Below, piece after piece: positions 26,541 through 35,711 of a stretch of 64,000 nucleotides of DNA; positions within the stretch are counted from its first letter, which is position 1; every line of letters starts with the position of its first letter. The notes beneath the pieces were generated by a model that saw only the letters and a list, made by a program, of their open reading frames with translations, was not told the DNA's origin and did not search any database. Made by a program: the position numbers and the translations under genes. The stretch is taken from positions 124,001-188,000 of the IMG/VR virus record IMGVR_UViG_3300015261_000002, one strand, 5' to 3'.

Positions 26541-28202
26541 TCAAGCAAAGGGTTCACGGTAGCGTAGGCGCTTATCCGTCTTCAGGTACAGCCACTTCAG
26601 CGATGGATCCAACGCTGTTGTTTTGCCTTGAATCAGATACACACATGGGTTGAGATAACCTCGACCATCCGGGTAGGGTCCAGTTACCCGAAGGAAGCTG
26701 TTGACAAATGCAATCGACGCGTGTGCGCTACCTGCACTGTCTGTGGTGTCAAATTCACCACGCTTCTTCGCTTTGGTCGAATTCGTGTAAACACGATGTT
26801 GAGGCATGCAACCCAACACATAGTCCACGTAAGGGCAATCGGTTGGTGTCGCTTCCTGAATGAGATTGGTTGTGCGCGAATTGTCAATCTCCTTAATGTG
26901 AAAGTTGTTAGTCAGGAAACGAGCCACCTTTTTCTGGTTTAGCTCGGAGTTGTTTTTGATTTCGTGCTTGAACTTGTTGGCGGCTGTGATCAGCTTGTCC
27001 AACGTGAACTCCAAGCTAGCCAGTTCCTTGTGGAACATGTCCGCTCGATCCGTGGTTTGTACAATCTCACTACGGTTAGCGATGATGTAGTTGAACAACT
27101 CAAACATGTTGCTCACTACGATCGACTGGCTGGCAAACTTCTTAATCGAGTCTTCGTCGAGGTACTCGTTAATGGAATCAAAGTGCTCGTTCATCAAGCG
27201 CATGATGTAATCATTGCTGTCACCGGATTTAACCGAGCAACGACCAATGATCAACTTCCAGTAGTTCGGGTTATCGATGTTGTCAATATCGAAGTACGAC
27301 GAAAGGCAATCGACTACGAACAACAGAGCACTGGCATACTGCAAGCCCATTGCACTGAGTTCTTTACGTTTGCTCGATTTGTTGCGAATTGCGATGCCGT
27401 AGTCATGGGGAACAAACTCCCCCAGGTACTTGGCATTACCGGAGCGACTTGCGCGGGTAAAGATCTCCCAGCGGTCTTCCGGACGGCATTCCGATAGCAG
27501 TACGTCGATAGGTGCGATTTCATAATCACACTCACCAAAGATATCGATTGCCTTGCTGAACCCCATGTCAGCAAAGGTATACCATGCCAACAACGGCATA
27601 GGGGTTTTCGTATCGGTGATCTTGCGCGACTCAGTCGGGCTGTAGAAGCGGTTAGCCGCCAGGTTCAGCTCGGTGGTCTTGTACGTGATGTTACCCGTGT
27701 CACTAAGGACCTGGGAGAACTTGAAGTGCTCGGTACCGATCTTGAACTTAAAGCCCAACACCTTAACAAACAAGGCGTTCTCTTTGGTAACCGGCAAACC
27801 ACGCTCTGCCAACACGATTTGCAAGCTGTACTGCGTCCCCCGCAGCCACAGGTCACCATAGACATCGGTATACGGCAGCATGGTGTACTGCTGCATCTCG
27901 ATGATCTCACCAGCGCGGTTGACGTATTCAAACTTCAACTTAACCGGGTACAGGGTTTCCTTGTGGATGTCGAACAGCTTTGTACTGCTTTGAATCAAGT
28001 GGCCGATGTACTCATCAGGATCGACTTCGTCAACACCGATAAAGAACACGCCACGTTTTTCGATACTCTTGAAGATCATCTTCAGAGCATTCTCGTAATA
28101 GTAGACAGCACCCTCAAATTCGTTTTGATGAAATCCCTCTGTGATCGTTGAGTTAAACCGAGGCATTGAATTATCAATGGCTTTGGCTAATTTCAGTGAC
28201 AT
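26541..28202 (-). CDS. Non-virion RNA polymerase beta subunit, N-terminal part (phiKZ gp123-like)
   Basis: 553 aa. N-terminus AIDNSMPRFNSTITEG and C-terminal HASIAFV...PDGRGYLNP match gp123 (HASIAEV...PDGRGRLN); two genes downstream of the capsid gene. Confidence 0.9.
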   Translation of the reverse strand: MSLKLAKAIDNSMPRFNSTITEGFHQNEFEGAVYYYENALKMIFKSIEKRGVFFIGVDEVDPDEYIGHLIQSSTKLFDIHKETLYPVKLKFEYVNRAGEIIEMQQYTMLPYTDVYGDLWLRGTQYSLQIVLAERGLPVTKENALFVKVLGFKFKIGTEHFKFSQVLSDTGNITYKTTELNLAANRFYSPTESRKITDTKTPMPLLAWYTFADMGFSKAIDIFGECDYEIAPIDVLLSECRPEDRWEIFTRASRSGNAKYLGEFVPHDYGIAIRNKSSKRKELSAMGLQYASALLFVVDCLSSYFDIDNIDNPNYWKLIIGRCSVKSGDSNDYIMRLMNEHFDSINEYLDEDSIKKFASQSIVVSNMFELFNYIIANRSEIVQTTDRADMFHKELASLEFTLDKLITAANKFKHEIKNNSELNQKKVARFLTNNFHIKEIDNSRTTNLIQEATPTDCPYVDYVLGCMPQHRVYTNSTKAKKRGEFDTTDSAGSAHASIAFVNSFLRVTGPYPDGRGYLNPCVYLIQGKTTALDPSLKWLYLKTDKRLRYREPFA

Positions 28203-28212
28203 GGATGCTCCG

Positions 28213-29349
28213 TTATGCTGTTAGCAGCTTATACCCCGTGATTGCCACACCTGCCAAGGTGCCTACGGCTTTCGCAAAATCCCCCCAGGAGTTCTGCGCG
28301 CCCTTCTGTTTTACAAGCTCAGTGTTCGCCTTGTTCACTGTATCCTTAATGCGACTCTCAAACTTAAACAAGTCCGAGGCCATTTTGCCGCTATGCTTCA
28401 AGGTATTGGATTCCATACGGTGCTCCAGCTTGATCGCATTAACCTCAATTCGGTGATCTTCTTTTAACTTCGTGATCTCTGTATTTAGGCGAAAGGCATT
28501 GGTTTCTGACTTGGCAAGCGCTTCAGTCAGATTTTGGATTTGGGTACGCATACTGCTGTTGTCTTTGTTAAGGTCTCGGTTCTTGCTCTCTGCCGTCAAG
28601 AACCGCTCTGTATTACCTCCTGCATCACACTCGGCTTTGGTTTTGAACAGACCTAATTGTGTCAGTTTAAGATCGTCCAATTCGCCGAAGGCGTAATATT
28701 GGGTCCCCCGTGGTTCAATACCGCGGGAAATGCCAACATACAATCCGGGTTGTTTGTTTACATCATAGTCAACCGGTACCTCAGTCGATTTACCCATGAT
28801 GTTCGTATAGAGTGGTTTGTTAACCCGCTGCGGGTCGTTTACGTAAACAAAGTAGTGCAACGCTGCCTTGCCCTGCATGGATTCATCACCTGGGTTCTCA
28901 AAGAGTTCCTTCATGGTGAATGCCGGAGTGTTCAGGCAAGGTTGGTTCAGATTCTCTCCGCCAACGTACAGGGTAATGCCCATCAGCTCACTGTGGATCG
29001 CGTTGTTGCGTTCCACCAGGCCTTTGTGCAGGTCCAGCTGTACTCGCAGGCTGGCGGGCATCCGGATGTGGTATTCGGTGTTCACCTTCTTCAGGCGTTC
29101 GTGCTCCTTACTCAGTTCAGTCAGGATAGCTTTATCCAGCTTAGTGAGTGCGGCGTTCACGTCAATCACGAGGTTGTCCAGATAGACGTTCTCAATGACT
29201 ACGTGGATCTGTTGTTCATTGACAAAGGTGGCTTCTGCACCACGTTGGACAATATAGCTCAAACCACCCTTGACCTTTACAATGATCTCTTTGCTCGAGA
29301 TATTGGTGATCCGGTAGTTGAGCTGAAAGCAATTCAATTCAGTAGTCAT
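28213..29349 (-). CDS. Conserved hypothetical protein (phiKZ gp122-like position)
   Basis: 378 aa with a C-terminal coiled coil and a hydrophobic end; lies between the capsid and nvRNAP genes. Confidence 0.6.
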   Translation of the reverse strand: MTTELNCFQLNYRITNISSKEIIVKVKGGLSYIVQRGAEATFVNEQQIHVVIENVYLDNLVIDVNAALTKLDKAILTELSKEHERLKKVNTEYHIRMPASLRVQLDLHKGLVERNNAIHSELMGITLYVGGENLNQPCLNTPAFTMKELFENPGDESMQGKAALHYFVYVNDPQRVNKPLYTNIMGKSTEVPVDYDVNKQPGLYVGISRGIEPRGTQYYAFGELDDLKLTQLGLFKTKAECDAGGNTERFLTAESKNRDLNKDNSSMRTQIQNLTEALAKSETNAFRLNTEITKLKEDHRIEVNAIKLEHRMESNTLKHSGKMASDLFKFESRIKDTVNKANTELVKQKGAQNSWGDFAKAVGTLAGVAITGYKLLTA

Positions 29350-29447
29350 GGTGGGAACCTCTATCGACTTCCTTAAAAGCCTATTTGTAATACGTAGTCT
29401 GCTCTAATAATGTAGGTTTAAAAAATTATAACAAGAATACAAAATCC

Positions 29448-29496
29448 AAAAAAAAGACATAACCCCCTCCCCCACCCGAAGGCAGAGGAGGAGGGT
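29448..29496 (-). terminator. Major capsid gene terminator
   Basis: Long GC-rich stem with a UUCG loop, followed by UAUGUCUUUUUUU. Confidence 0.9.
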
Positions 29497-29516
29497 ATGT
29501 TCTATTCCCTTTACAG

Positions 29517-29588
29517 GGGTTACCGCAGCCTTACAACACCACGGAGCCTACTCAGGAGAAAGTACTCCGTAGTAGGCTGCCGCAACCC
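29517..29588 (-). other. Long nested stem-loop in the capsid mRNA 3' UTR
   Basis: GGGUUGC/GUAACCC, GCAGCCU/AGGCUGC, ACUACGGAG/CUCCGUGGU and UACUU/GAGUA stack into about 28 bp, starting right after the TAA-TAA double stop. Confidence 0.65.
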
Positions 29589-29591
29589 TTA

Positions 29592-31784
29592 TTACGGGTT
29601 TACAGGTGCGTTACCTTCGGTAGCGGTAACCAGCTTGTCGATGCCGTCGGTCAGACCTTGGACTTCAACAACCTGTTTAGCCAGCTTGGTCAGCAGGCCA
29701 TCGTCACCCAGGAACTCGTGAGCATCTTCGATGATCAGCGAGCCGATGATGACGTTCAGCGGCCAGTGACGGTAGGTAGGCATGGTCATGACCACACCGA
29801 AGTCCTGTTGGTCACGAGTCACGTTACCCTGCACGACGATGTTCTCTTTCGAGATGTTCACGCCGATGCCGCCCAGCGGGTTGATGAAGTCGTTGGTGGA
29901 GGTGTTCTTCGGAACGATCAGCAGTTGGCCGATTTGGCTGTCGAAGTTGGTCTCAACGATTTGCATCGGGGTCACTGGACCCAGGGAACGAGCGTCGCCC
30001 GAACGCATCAGGAAGCGCGCCAGGTTCTGGTGAACCACGACGGTCCACTCGATCTTGTCGGTGCCACCGTATTCAGCGATCGCAGCCAGGCCGGACTTGG
30101 TGTTCAGCGCAGCGGTGATATCGCTGATTTCGTTCAGGAACACAGCAGCAACGTTGTCGAACACGTCGGCCGAGTCCAGGGACGATACACGGTCCTTGAT
30201 CTTGAACGAACGGTTGATGGCCGCAGCCGAAACGTAGTGCTGACCAGGCAGGACGTTGGAGCCCTGTTGGTTACCAACAACTGGAGAGCCGTCGATCGAG
30301 GTGATGTACTTCAGGTGTTCCTGAGCCACATCGAACGCTTTCTTCGAGCACTGGTTGTTGATCGCGATCGACATCTGCTGAATCGCGAAGTCCAGGGAAC
30401 CCTGGTTGACGTCGTCAGCCGATACTGGGTACTTGACCGAGACCGGGCTGTTGCGACGAACGGACAGACGCTTGTCGGCATCGAACACTTCGATACGGTA
30501 GCCGAAGTTACCACGCGAGGTGTTGGAGACGTTACCGCCCATGTCGATACCAGTAACGGCACCGGCAGTCAGCAGCTTGATCAGAGCCTTTTGAGTGGCG
30601 TCAGCTTTGTGCATGGTGACAACGTTGCCGTTGGTCAGGTCACGCAGGCCGTGGACGGTCACTTGACCCGAGTTCAGACGCAGCTCGTTGGTCTGGCGCT
30701 GGTAGTTGCCGTTCATGCTGATGTTCAGCAGAGGCTCGTAGCCGGCGGTTTTGAACGCAGCGAACAGGGTTTCGCCGACGGTGGCGCCGGTTTTGTCCAG
30801 AACGCTGAAGCCTGGCAGAGCGCGCAGGTGCAGGTTCACTTCACGGTCGTCGGACGACTGGCCTTGGCTGGTAGGGCCGAAGGTGTTGTTCGAAATCGCG
30901 ATGGTGTTCACGAAGAAGTTGACCGCGGTGTTGCCCAGCTTGGCGGAAGCCAGCAGTTCTTTGATGACGAGCGAGTTGGACTCGAGTTCGTCGGTGCTGG
31001 TCCATGGACGTTGGCCAGGAACCTGGGTCAGAGCCAGGAAGTTCGGAATGGTGTTCGGAACTTTCAGGTACTGAGTAGCGTGGGAGCTACGGTTGTAGGC
31101 GTCTGCTTCCGGGTAGGTCGCAGTAGTCGGAGCAACGATGGCCGCGTCGACGAAGAAGTCGCGGTTGTCGTCGTCAGCGTCTTCTGGGTAAACAGCGTGC
31201 ACGGCCAGGACTTCGTCCTTGAACATGTCGCCGGTACGCAGCAGACCGAAGATCGGACGCAGTTCGGAAGCCGACTGCCAGGCCGAGTTGCCGTAGGCGT
31301 ACGAACCGATACCCGCAGCGCGGACTACCAGGTTGGCGCCTTCGTCTTCGTAACGAACGGTGATGGTGGAGAACAGCGCTTCAGCGCCCGGGGTTTGCAG
31401 GTGCGACTGAGCGTTCAGCGTCAGGTTCGCAGCCTTGATGTCCATCTCGCTGCCTTTGAAGTTCTGGAGCGAGAAACCCTCGATACCAGTTACTTCGGCC
31501 AGAGCCTTGGCAGCTTCGTTCATGACCGCCATTTCGGTGCCCGGCACGCCTTTACGGTTCAGGGAACCGGCGAACGCGTCGAACTGCTTTGGCGTGATGG
31601 AGTTGAACAGGGTGGTGAGCTGATGGCTTTCAACGCCGGCAACGGATTTGAGACCGGTGCTGAAGACGTCGAAGCTTTCAGCGCCGATGACGCTGTTGAG
31701 TTGTTGGTTGCCCAGGGCTTCGCGGACGGCGCTGAAGAGGTTTCCGGTATTCTTCAGTGACGCAGTGACTTGTTTAAAGGCCAT
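29592..31784 (-). CDS. Major capsid protein (phiKZ gp120-like)
   Basis: 730 aa, extreme codon bias. Propeptide with repeated G-x-E sites (E36, E52, E84, E102); C-terminal VMTMPTYRHWPLNVIIG. Sits between DnaB and the nvRNAP gene as in phiKZ. Confidence 0.93.
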   Translation of the reverse strand: MAFKQVTASLKNTGNLFSAVREALGNQQLNSVIGAESFDVFSTGLKSVAGVESHQLTTLFNSITPKQFDAFAGSLNRKGVPGTEMAVMNEAAKALAEVTGIEGFSLQNFKGSEMDIKAANLTLNAQSHLQTPGAEALFSTITVRYEDEGANLVVRAAGIGSYAYGNSAWQSASELRPIFGLLRTGDMFKDEVLAVHAVYPEDADDDNRDFFVDAAIVAPTTATYPEADAYNRSSHATQYLKVPNTIPNFLALTQVPGQRPWTSTDELESNSLVIKELLASAKLGNTAVNFFVNTIAISNNTFGPTSQGQSSDDREVNLHLRALPGFSVLDKTGATVGETLFAAFKTAGYEPLLNISMNGNYQRQTNELRLNSGQVTVHGLRDLTNGNVVTMHKADATQKALIKLLTAGAVTGIDMGGNVSNTSRGNFGYRIEVFDADKRLSVRRNSPVSVKYPVSADDVNQGSLDFAIQQMSIAINNQCSKKAFDVAQEHLKYITSIDGSPVVGNQQGSNVLPGQHYVSAAAINRSFKIKDRVSSLDSADVFDNVAAVFLNEISDITAALNTKSGLAAIAEYGGTDKIEWTVVVHQNLARFLMRSGDARSLGPVTPMQIVETNFDSQIGQLLIVPKNTSTNDFINPLGGIGVNISKENIVVQGNVTRDQQDFGVVMTMPTYRHWPLNVIIGSLIIEDAHEFLGDDGLLTKLAKQVVEVQGLTDGIDKLVTATEGNAPVNP

Positions 31785-31845
31785 GACTCGAATCCTTTAC
31801 TGAGGATGATTGCAAATATATATTTGTCTGTGTATTAGCGCTACA

Positions 31846-31855
31846 CATAAAATAC
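31846..31855 (-). promoter_or_regulatory. Candidate late (nvRNAP) promoter GTATTTTATG
   Basis: Contains the phiKZ late core TATG, about 60 nt upstream of the capsid ATG. Identical 10-mer at 61323-61332; ATTTTATG at 57547-57554. Confidence 0.55.
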
Positions 31856-31862
31856 AGTGAAG

Positions 31863-32411
31863 TTACGGGTTTTGTATGCTAACCAGTTTGTAAACCTCTG
31901 CCAAGGTAAATTCACCCTGGTTAGGTTTTGGGATTTTGCCGTTGTGGGATTCCATGTACCCCACCTTAGCAAAAATGGTTTCCAGCAAGGCGCCGGAGAA
32001 TGTGACACACTCCAGCGTGTCGAAGCCAGGGGCCTTTGAAGCATTCTCCCCATTAAATAGAAAGATAATGGTGTTCATGCCCGCATCGATGCAGCTGAAC
32101 GACTTCGCTTCGTTGGCAATCGCGGATAAGCTTTCACCGTCCAGGCTATTAAATGCAGCCTCGACCATGCCGGCGTTATACCCTTCACCAAACATGTGTT
32201 TAGGGTCGAGCATCAGAACGCCGAGCTGTTGAGCCACGATGTATTGAAACTTCAGGATGCTTGCGATCTCACCAAAGGTCAACTTCTGATGATATGTTGA
32301 CAGCTTAGCAACATCGCTGTAAGGAATCGATTGACTGGCCAGCAAACGTTGCATTTCGCTGGTCAGGTAAAAAATACGGACTGACTTCCCTTGAGGGGTC
32401 TTAAGAATCAT
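31863..32411 (-). CDS. Conserved hypothetical protein between DnaB and capsid
   Basis: 182 aa, SD AGGAG; syntenic with the small gene at this position in relatives. Confidence 0.65.
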   Translation of the reverse strand: MILKTPQGKSVRIFYLTSEMQRLLASQSIPYSDVAKLSTYHQKLTFGEIASILKFQYIVAQQLGVLMLDPKHMFGEGYNAGMVEAAFNSLDGESLSAIANEAKSFSCIDAGMNTIIFLFNGENASKAPGFDTLECVTFSGALLETIFAKVGYMESHNGKIPKPNQGEFTLAEVYKLVSIQNP

Positions 32412-32417
32412 TTTCAG

Positions 32418-32427
32418 CTCCTAGGAG
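32418..32427. promoter_or_regulatory. Palindromic Shine-Dalgarno shared by two divergent genes
   Basis: CTCCTAGGAG gives AGGAG on both strands, 7 nt from ATG 32435 (+) and 6 nt from ATG 32411 (-). Confidence 0.7.
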
Positions 32428-32434
32428 TTTCCTA

Positions 32435-33982
32435 ATGAACGATTTATTGGTACTGGTTAAGTTGTTGTCCGCGTTGTATCAGGCTAAAAAGCTGAAGGAC
32501 ACCAACCTAATCACGGAACTGGTAGATACGTTAAACGATTTGCCTGTCCCCAACTCCGACGTCTTTACTCAAGACAAGGGTATCCGAGATAGCATTCGCG
32601 CAACTATCCGCTGGCTGTTGGAACAGCCCGAAGAAGATGTACTGGTCATAAAATCATCGTTGTTGCAACGTGTCAGCATGTTTGTCAAGAACGATGAAAG
32701 CTTGAAGGAAGCAATTACCCACGGTCTGGAAGACTATCCGTCTGATGAACAGACGCGAAAGGTTATCTACCAGCACATTTCTGAGATCCGTCTGAACTCG
32801 GAAGGTGAAGAGTTCTCCAAGAAGTTCAAGAAGGCCATCAAGGACTTTTACTTCAAAGACATCAACGACATGGGTAAAGACGATTGGGCTAACCTAATCG
32901 ACTTGGTACAGGCCGGTGTTAACCAAGGTCTGGAAGAACGGCAATCTGAAATTGTTGCACAGGTGACGTCTGAGACGCCTGACTCGTTTAATGCCATCAT
33001 TGACATGGCCAAACGCGAGAACAGTCTCGAAGGCATCATGAAGTCAGGTATCCAAGGTTTGAACCAATCCTTGAATCCTGATGGTGGTTTCCGCCGTGGC
33101 AAGATGTACATGATTGAAGCATTGACTAACCGGGGTAAGTCTCTCGCTACAAGTCACATGGTGGCTAGTATTGGTCTGTACAACAAACCGATGCTGCGGG
33201 ATAAGGCCAAGATCCCTACGATCCTCCTGGAGTCTGCTGAAGACACCATGGACCTGATCATCATGCGCATGTACAAGCTGGCGCTCTCAGCCCGTCACGG
33301 CATTGCTGCTGACTTCCAATCTGCTGAGAACATGGACATCGTTGATGCCATCGTTAGCTGCTTTAAAGAAAACGGTTGGTATCTCATCATCAACCAAATT
33401 GATTCCAGTAAAGACTCGGCTAACACCATGTTTGCCCGCTGCCGTCAACTGGAACTTAAAGGTCACGAAATTATCTTCTGGGCCTACGACTACTGCGGTC
33501 TGCAAAACATCGACAAGATCCCTGGTGAAACAAAGTCCGACAAACTGCAACTGCATTTCCGGAAGATCAGGGGTTTCATCATTGCTCGCGGTATCTGCTT
33601 CCTGACACCTCATCAACTCTCGCCAGCGGCGAAGATGAAGCTCCAGGAGTCGGACGAAGAATCCGAGGTGTACTTTGCTCGTGAAGTTTCCGGTAAGTCG
33701 CTTACTGAAACCTCGACAAAGATCACCAACGAAGTGGATGTGGTAATTACCATCCATGTGGCCAAAACATCCTTCAAGGTTTACTTCACTTGGTGTGTGG
33801 GTAAACAACGGGGCGAAGGGTGCTTGCCAGAAGAACGGTTCGGGATCTATGATTTGCATCCAGAGAAAGGTCTTGAACACGACATCAACAAGAAACCAGC
33901 ATTCCGACGCAGCTTGACTCAACGACTAAACGCCAACGGCGATCTCGAAAATGATTTTGATTCGTTTGAAGTAGCAGCATAA
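32435..33982 (+). CDS. dnaB: DnaB-like replicative helicase (phiKZ gp118-like)
   Basis: 515 aa. GGFRRGKMYMIEALTNRGKS (Walker A), LLESAED, FWAYDY (Walker B) and PHQLS motifs; no intein. Confidence 0.92.
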   Translation: MNDLLVLVKLLSALYQAKKLKDTNLITELVDTLNDLPVPNSDVFTQDKGIRDSIRATIRWLLEQPEEDVLVIKSSLLQRVSMFVKNDESLKEAITHGLEDYPSDEQTRKVIYQHISEIRLNSEGEEFSKKFKKAIKDFYFKDINDMGKDDWANLIDLVQAGVNQGLEERQSEIVAQVTSETPDSFNAIIDMAKRENSLEGIMKSGIQGLNQSLNPDGGFRRGKMYMIEALTNRGKSLATSHMVASIGLYNKPMLRDKAKIPTILLESAEDTMDLIIMRMYKLALSARHGIAADFQSAENMDIVDAIVSCFKENGWYLIINQIDSSKDSANTMFARCRQLELKGHEIIFWAYDYCGLQNIDKIPGETKSDKLQLHFRKIRGFIIARGICFLTPHQLSPAAKMKLQESDEESEVYFAREVSGKSLTETSTKITNEVDVVITIHVAKTSFKVYFTWCVGKQRGEGCLPEERFGIYDLHPEKGLEHDINKKPAFRRSLTQRLNANGDLENDFDSFEVAA

Positions 33983-33998
33983 AGAACTAGAATGGAGC

Positions 33999-34048
33999 TT
34001 AATACCCTATCCGCTCATAGGAGCGGATAGGGTATTAATTATAGCCGC
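33999..34048. terminator. Bidirectional terminator
   Basis: 18-bp perfect stem TTAATACCCTATCCGCTC / GAGCGGATAGGGTATTAA followed by TTATAGCCGC. Confidence 0.85.
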
Positions 34049-34057
34049 TACAACGAT

Positions 34058-34201
34058 CTACAGCACGCGCAGGGCGCTTTCAATCAAAAGCTTGTGATCT
34101 TCCTTTGCAAGCTCCTTTCGCTCCTCCTGCTGCTTTTTAGACGGCTTGGGGAGAAGCAAACCCAATAAGGAGACTTTTTTCTTTGCAAGGTCATTTAACA
34201 T
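34058..34201 (-). CDS. Small basic protein (47 aa)
   Basis: ATG 34201 with SD AAAGGGG: MLNDLAKKKVSLLGLLLPKPSKKQQEERKELAKEDHKLLIESALRVL. Confidence 0.45.
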   Translation of the reverse strand: MLNDLAKKKVSLLGLLLPKPSKKQQEERKELAKEDHKLLIESALRVL

Positions 34202-34227
34202 AATTGCTAATTCCCCTTTACAGCAGA

Positions 34228-34346
34228 ACAAGGAAACCCTTAGCGTAGCTAAGGGGCTAGTTAATATCAGCCAACTCCCCTCTCCCACCCCCCTGGTTTC
34301 CCAAGAGTTTTACTCTTTCGAGCATAGGCATAGGAGAGCGGCTGAA
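34228..34346 (-). other. Multi-stem RNA structure plus terminator downstream of the gp101-like gene
   Basis: Closing helix CAGCCGCUCUCC / GGGGAGUUGGCUG encloses AAGAGU-AAA-ACUCUU and UGG-GAAA-CCA. It is followed by CCCUUAGC-UAC-GCUAAGGG-UUUCCUUGUU. Confidence 0.45.
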
Positions 34347-34349
34347 GAT

Positions 34350-35708
34350 TTATTCCGCAGCAATTTCCTCATCAGAGATAAACAACCCCAAAAGGGCTTT
34401 CTCCCTGAAGGTAGGTTGCCCAGCACTCTGGGTATCCATTTGCCACTCAGACTTGATGAAGTGCACAGTCCCTTCTTTATACACCAGGTTGTTACTACCA
34501 CTCATGTAGTAATAACGCACTGGCATAGCCGGGTCAATCAACGAGGCATCGGAGTTGTGCCAAGCAACCTGTACCAGGTTACCGTCGTTTCTGGCGTTCT
34601 CCGACAAATGCTTGCAGAGGTTGTTGGTAGGCTGCCCATGGTAGCCCATCATCTCTTCCCCACTTGCACGCTTGGATGTCTGGTACTCGGACAGGGAGTC
34701 AGCACGGGTGGTCATGGCTTGACCTTTGTTGTAGTACACGCCAGTCTCAGCCATGGCCGCATCAGAGGTGATAATGCGCTTACCCGTACCCACGTTCTGC
34801 TTCTTGATGTCAGAGCCGTCTTTCGTAGCCCCTCCACCTGTTGACAGAACCGTCAGCACCTTCCCTTCCAGGTAGTACGAACGCTTCAGCGTCGGTATTA
34901 CGTCTTCCGGTACCCGATATACGTTCAGCACCTTAGGAGCGCGCTCGTAGCGACCTGTGCGGTACAGCGGGTAGATCCACCACATACCCTTCCGGTAGTA
35001 ACAACCCAACCCCGTGTTGTAGAAACCAAACTCATCGTGTTCCTGGATCCACATGGCCAACTTCACCAACGGCACTGCCGCAGGAATAGCCACATGACTG
35101 AAGATCCTGGCATTATCCACCGGCTCTTCGATGTTGACCCCTTTAAAGCTGTCAGGGCCCGGCAAGGAGATAGCCGAACCGTATTGCGTCAGGATACCGT
35201 GGAGCAGATCCTTCAGAGACGTCATCAACACAGTGTCAGCAACCAGTTCGTTGCGGAGGAGGGCATAACCCGTCTCAAACAACTGGAAGGTCACCGTGAT
35301 CATGTTGGTTTCGTCTTTGGTGCTGAGGTCAGCCAGGGCGGAGTTACCACCCTGCATCTCAGGATCCGCATCACCCAAAGGCACTGCACGCCAACGACGC
35401 ATGATCTGCCGGATACCAATACGCTCGGTCACTTCAATAAAGAGGTTATCCTTATTGGGCAACACTTTGCGCATGTAGACACCTGGCTGGATCTGAGCCT
35501 GAAGCCTGGCGTTATCACTGTGGGAGACCCCACCCCCATGGGCAGGACCAAATAGCGACAGACAGGCAAACCCGTTAGGGATCAACAGAGGGATCTGTTC
35601 GGTAGGCGTCACTACCATGGCTTCCATGGTAAAGACTCGCTCAGTACCAACGTTATCCAACGCATTGGCATGAGCGATGATGTTGCCTATCGGCTTTGGC
35701 ATTTCCAT
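34350..35708 (-). CDS. Baseplate hub-like virion protein (phiKZ gp101-like)
   Basis: 452 aa, last gene of the gp98-gp101-like run; GLGCYYRKGMWWIYPLY motif; synteny and size. Confidence 0.6.
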   Translation of the reverse strand: MEMPKPIGNIIAHANALDNVGTERVFTMEAMVVTPTEQIPLLIPNGFACLSLFGPAHGGGVSHSDNARLQAQIQPGVYMRKVLPNKDNLFIEVTERIGIRQIMRRWRAVPLGDADPEMQGGNSALADLSTKDETNMITVTFQLFETGYALLRNELVADTVLMTSLKDLLHGILTQYGSAISLPGPDSFKGVNIEEPVDNARIFSHVAIPAAVPLVKLAMWIQEHDEFGFYNTGLGCYYRKGMWWIYPLYRTGRYERAPKVLNVYRVPEDVIPTLKRSYYLEGKVLTVLSTGGGATKDGSDIKKQNVGTGKRIITSDAAMAETGVYYNKGQAMTTRADSLSEYQTSKRASGEEMMGYHGQPTNNLCKHLSENARNDGNLVQVAWHNSDASLIDPAMPVRYYYMSGSNNLVYKEGTVHFIKSEWQMDTQSAGQPTFREKALLGLFISDEEIAAE

Positions 35709-35711
35709 GGG

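Noticed and set aside
29658-31760. 700-aa plus-strand ORF antisense to the capsid gene; likewise 43162..44463, 41344..43026, 51403..52893, 62115..63506, 20070..21419, 24475..25887 and 2792..3874
   Set aside because: Each mirrors a real gene codon for codon. Strong codon bias removes antisense stops, and there is no SD or protein motif.
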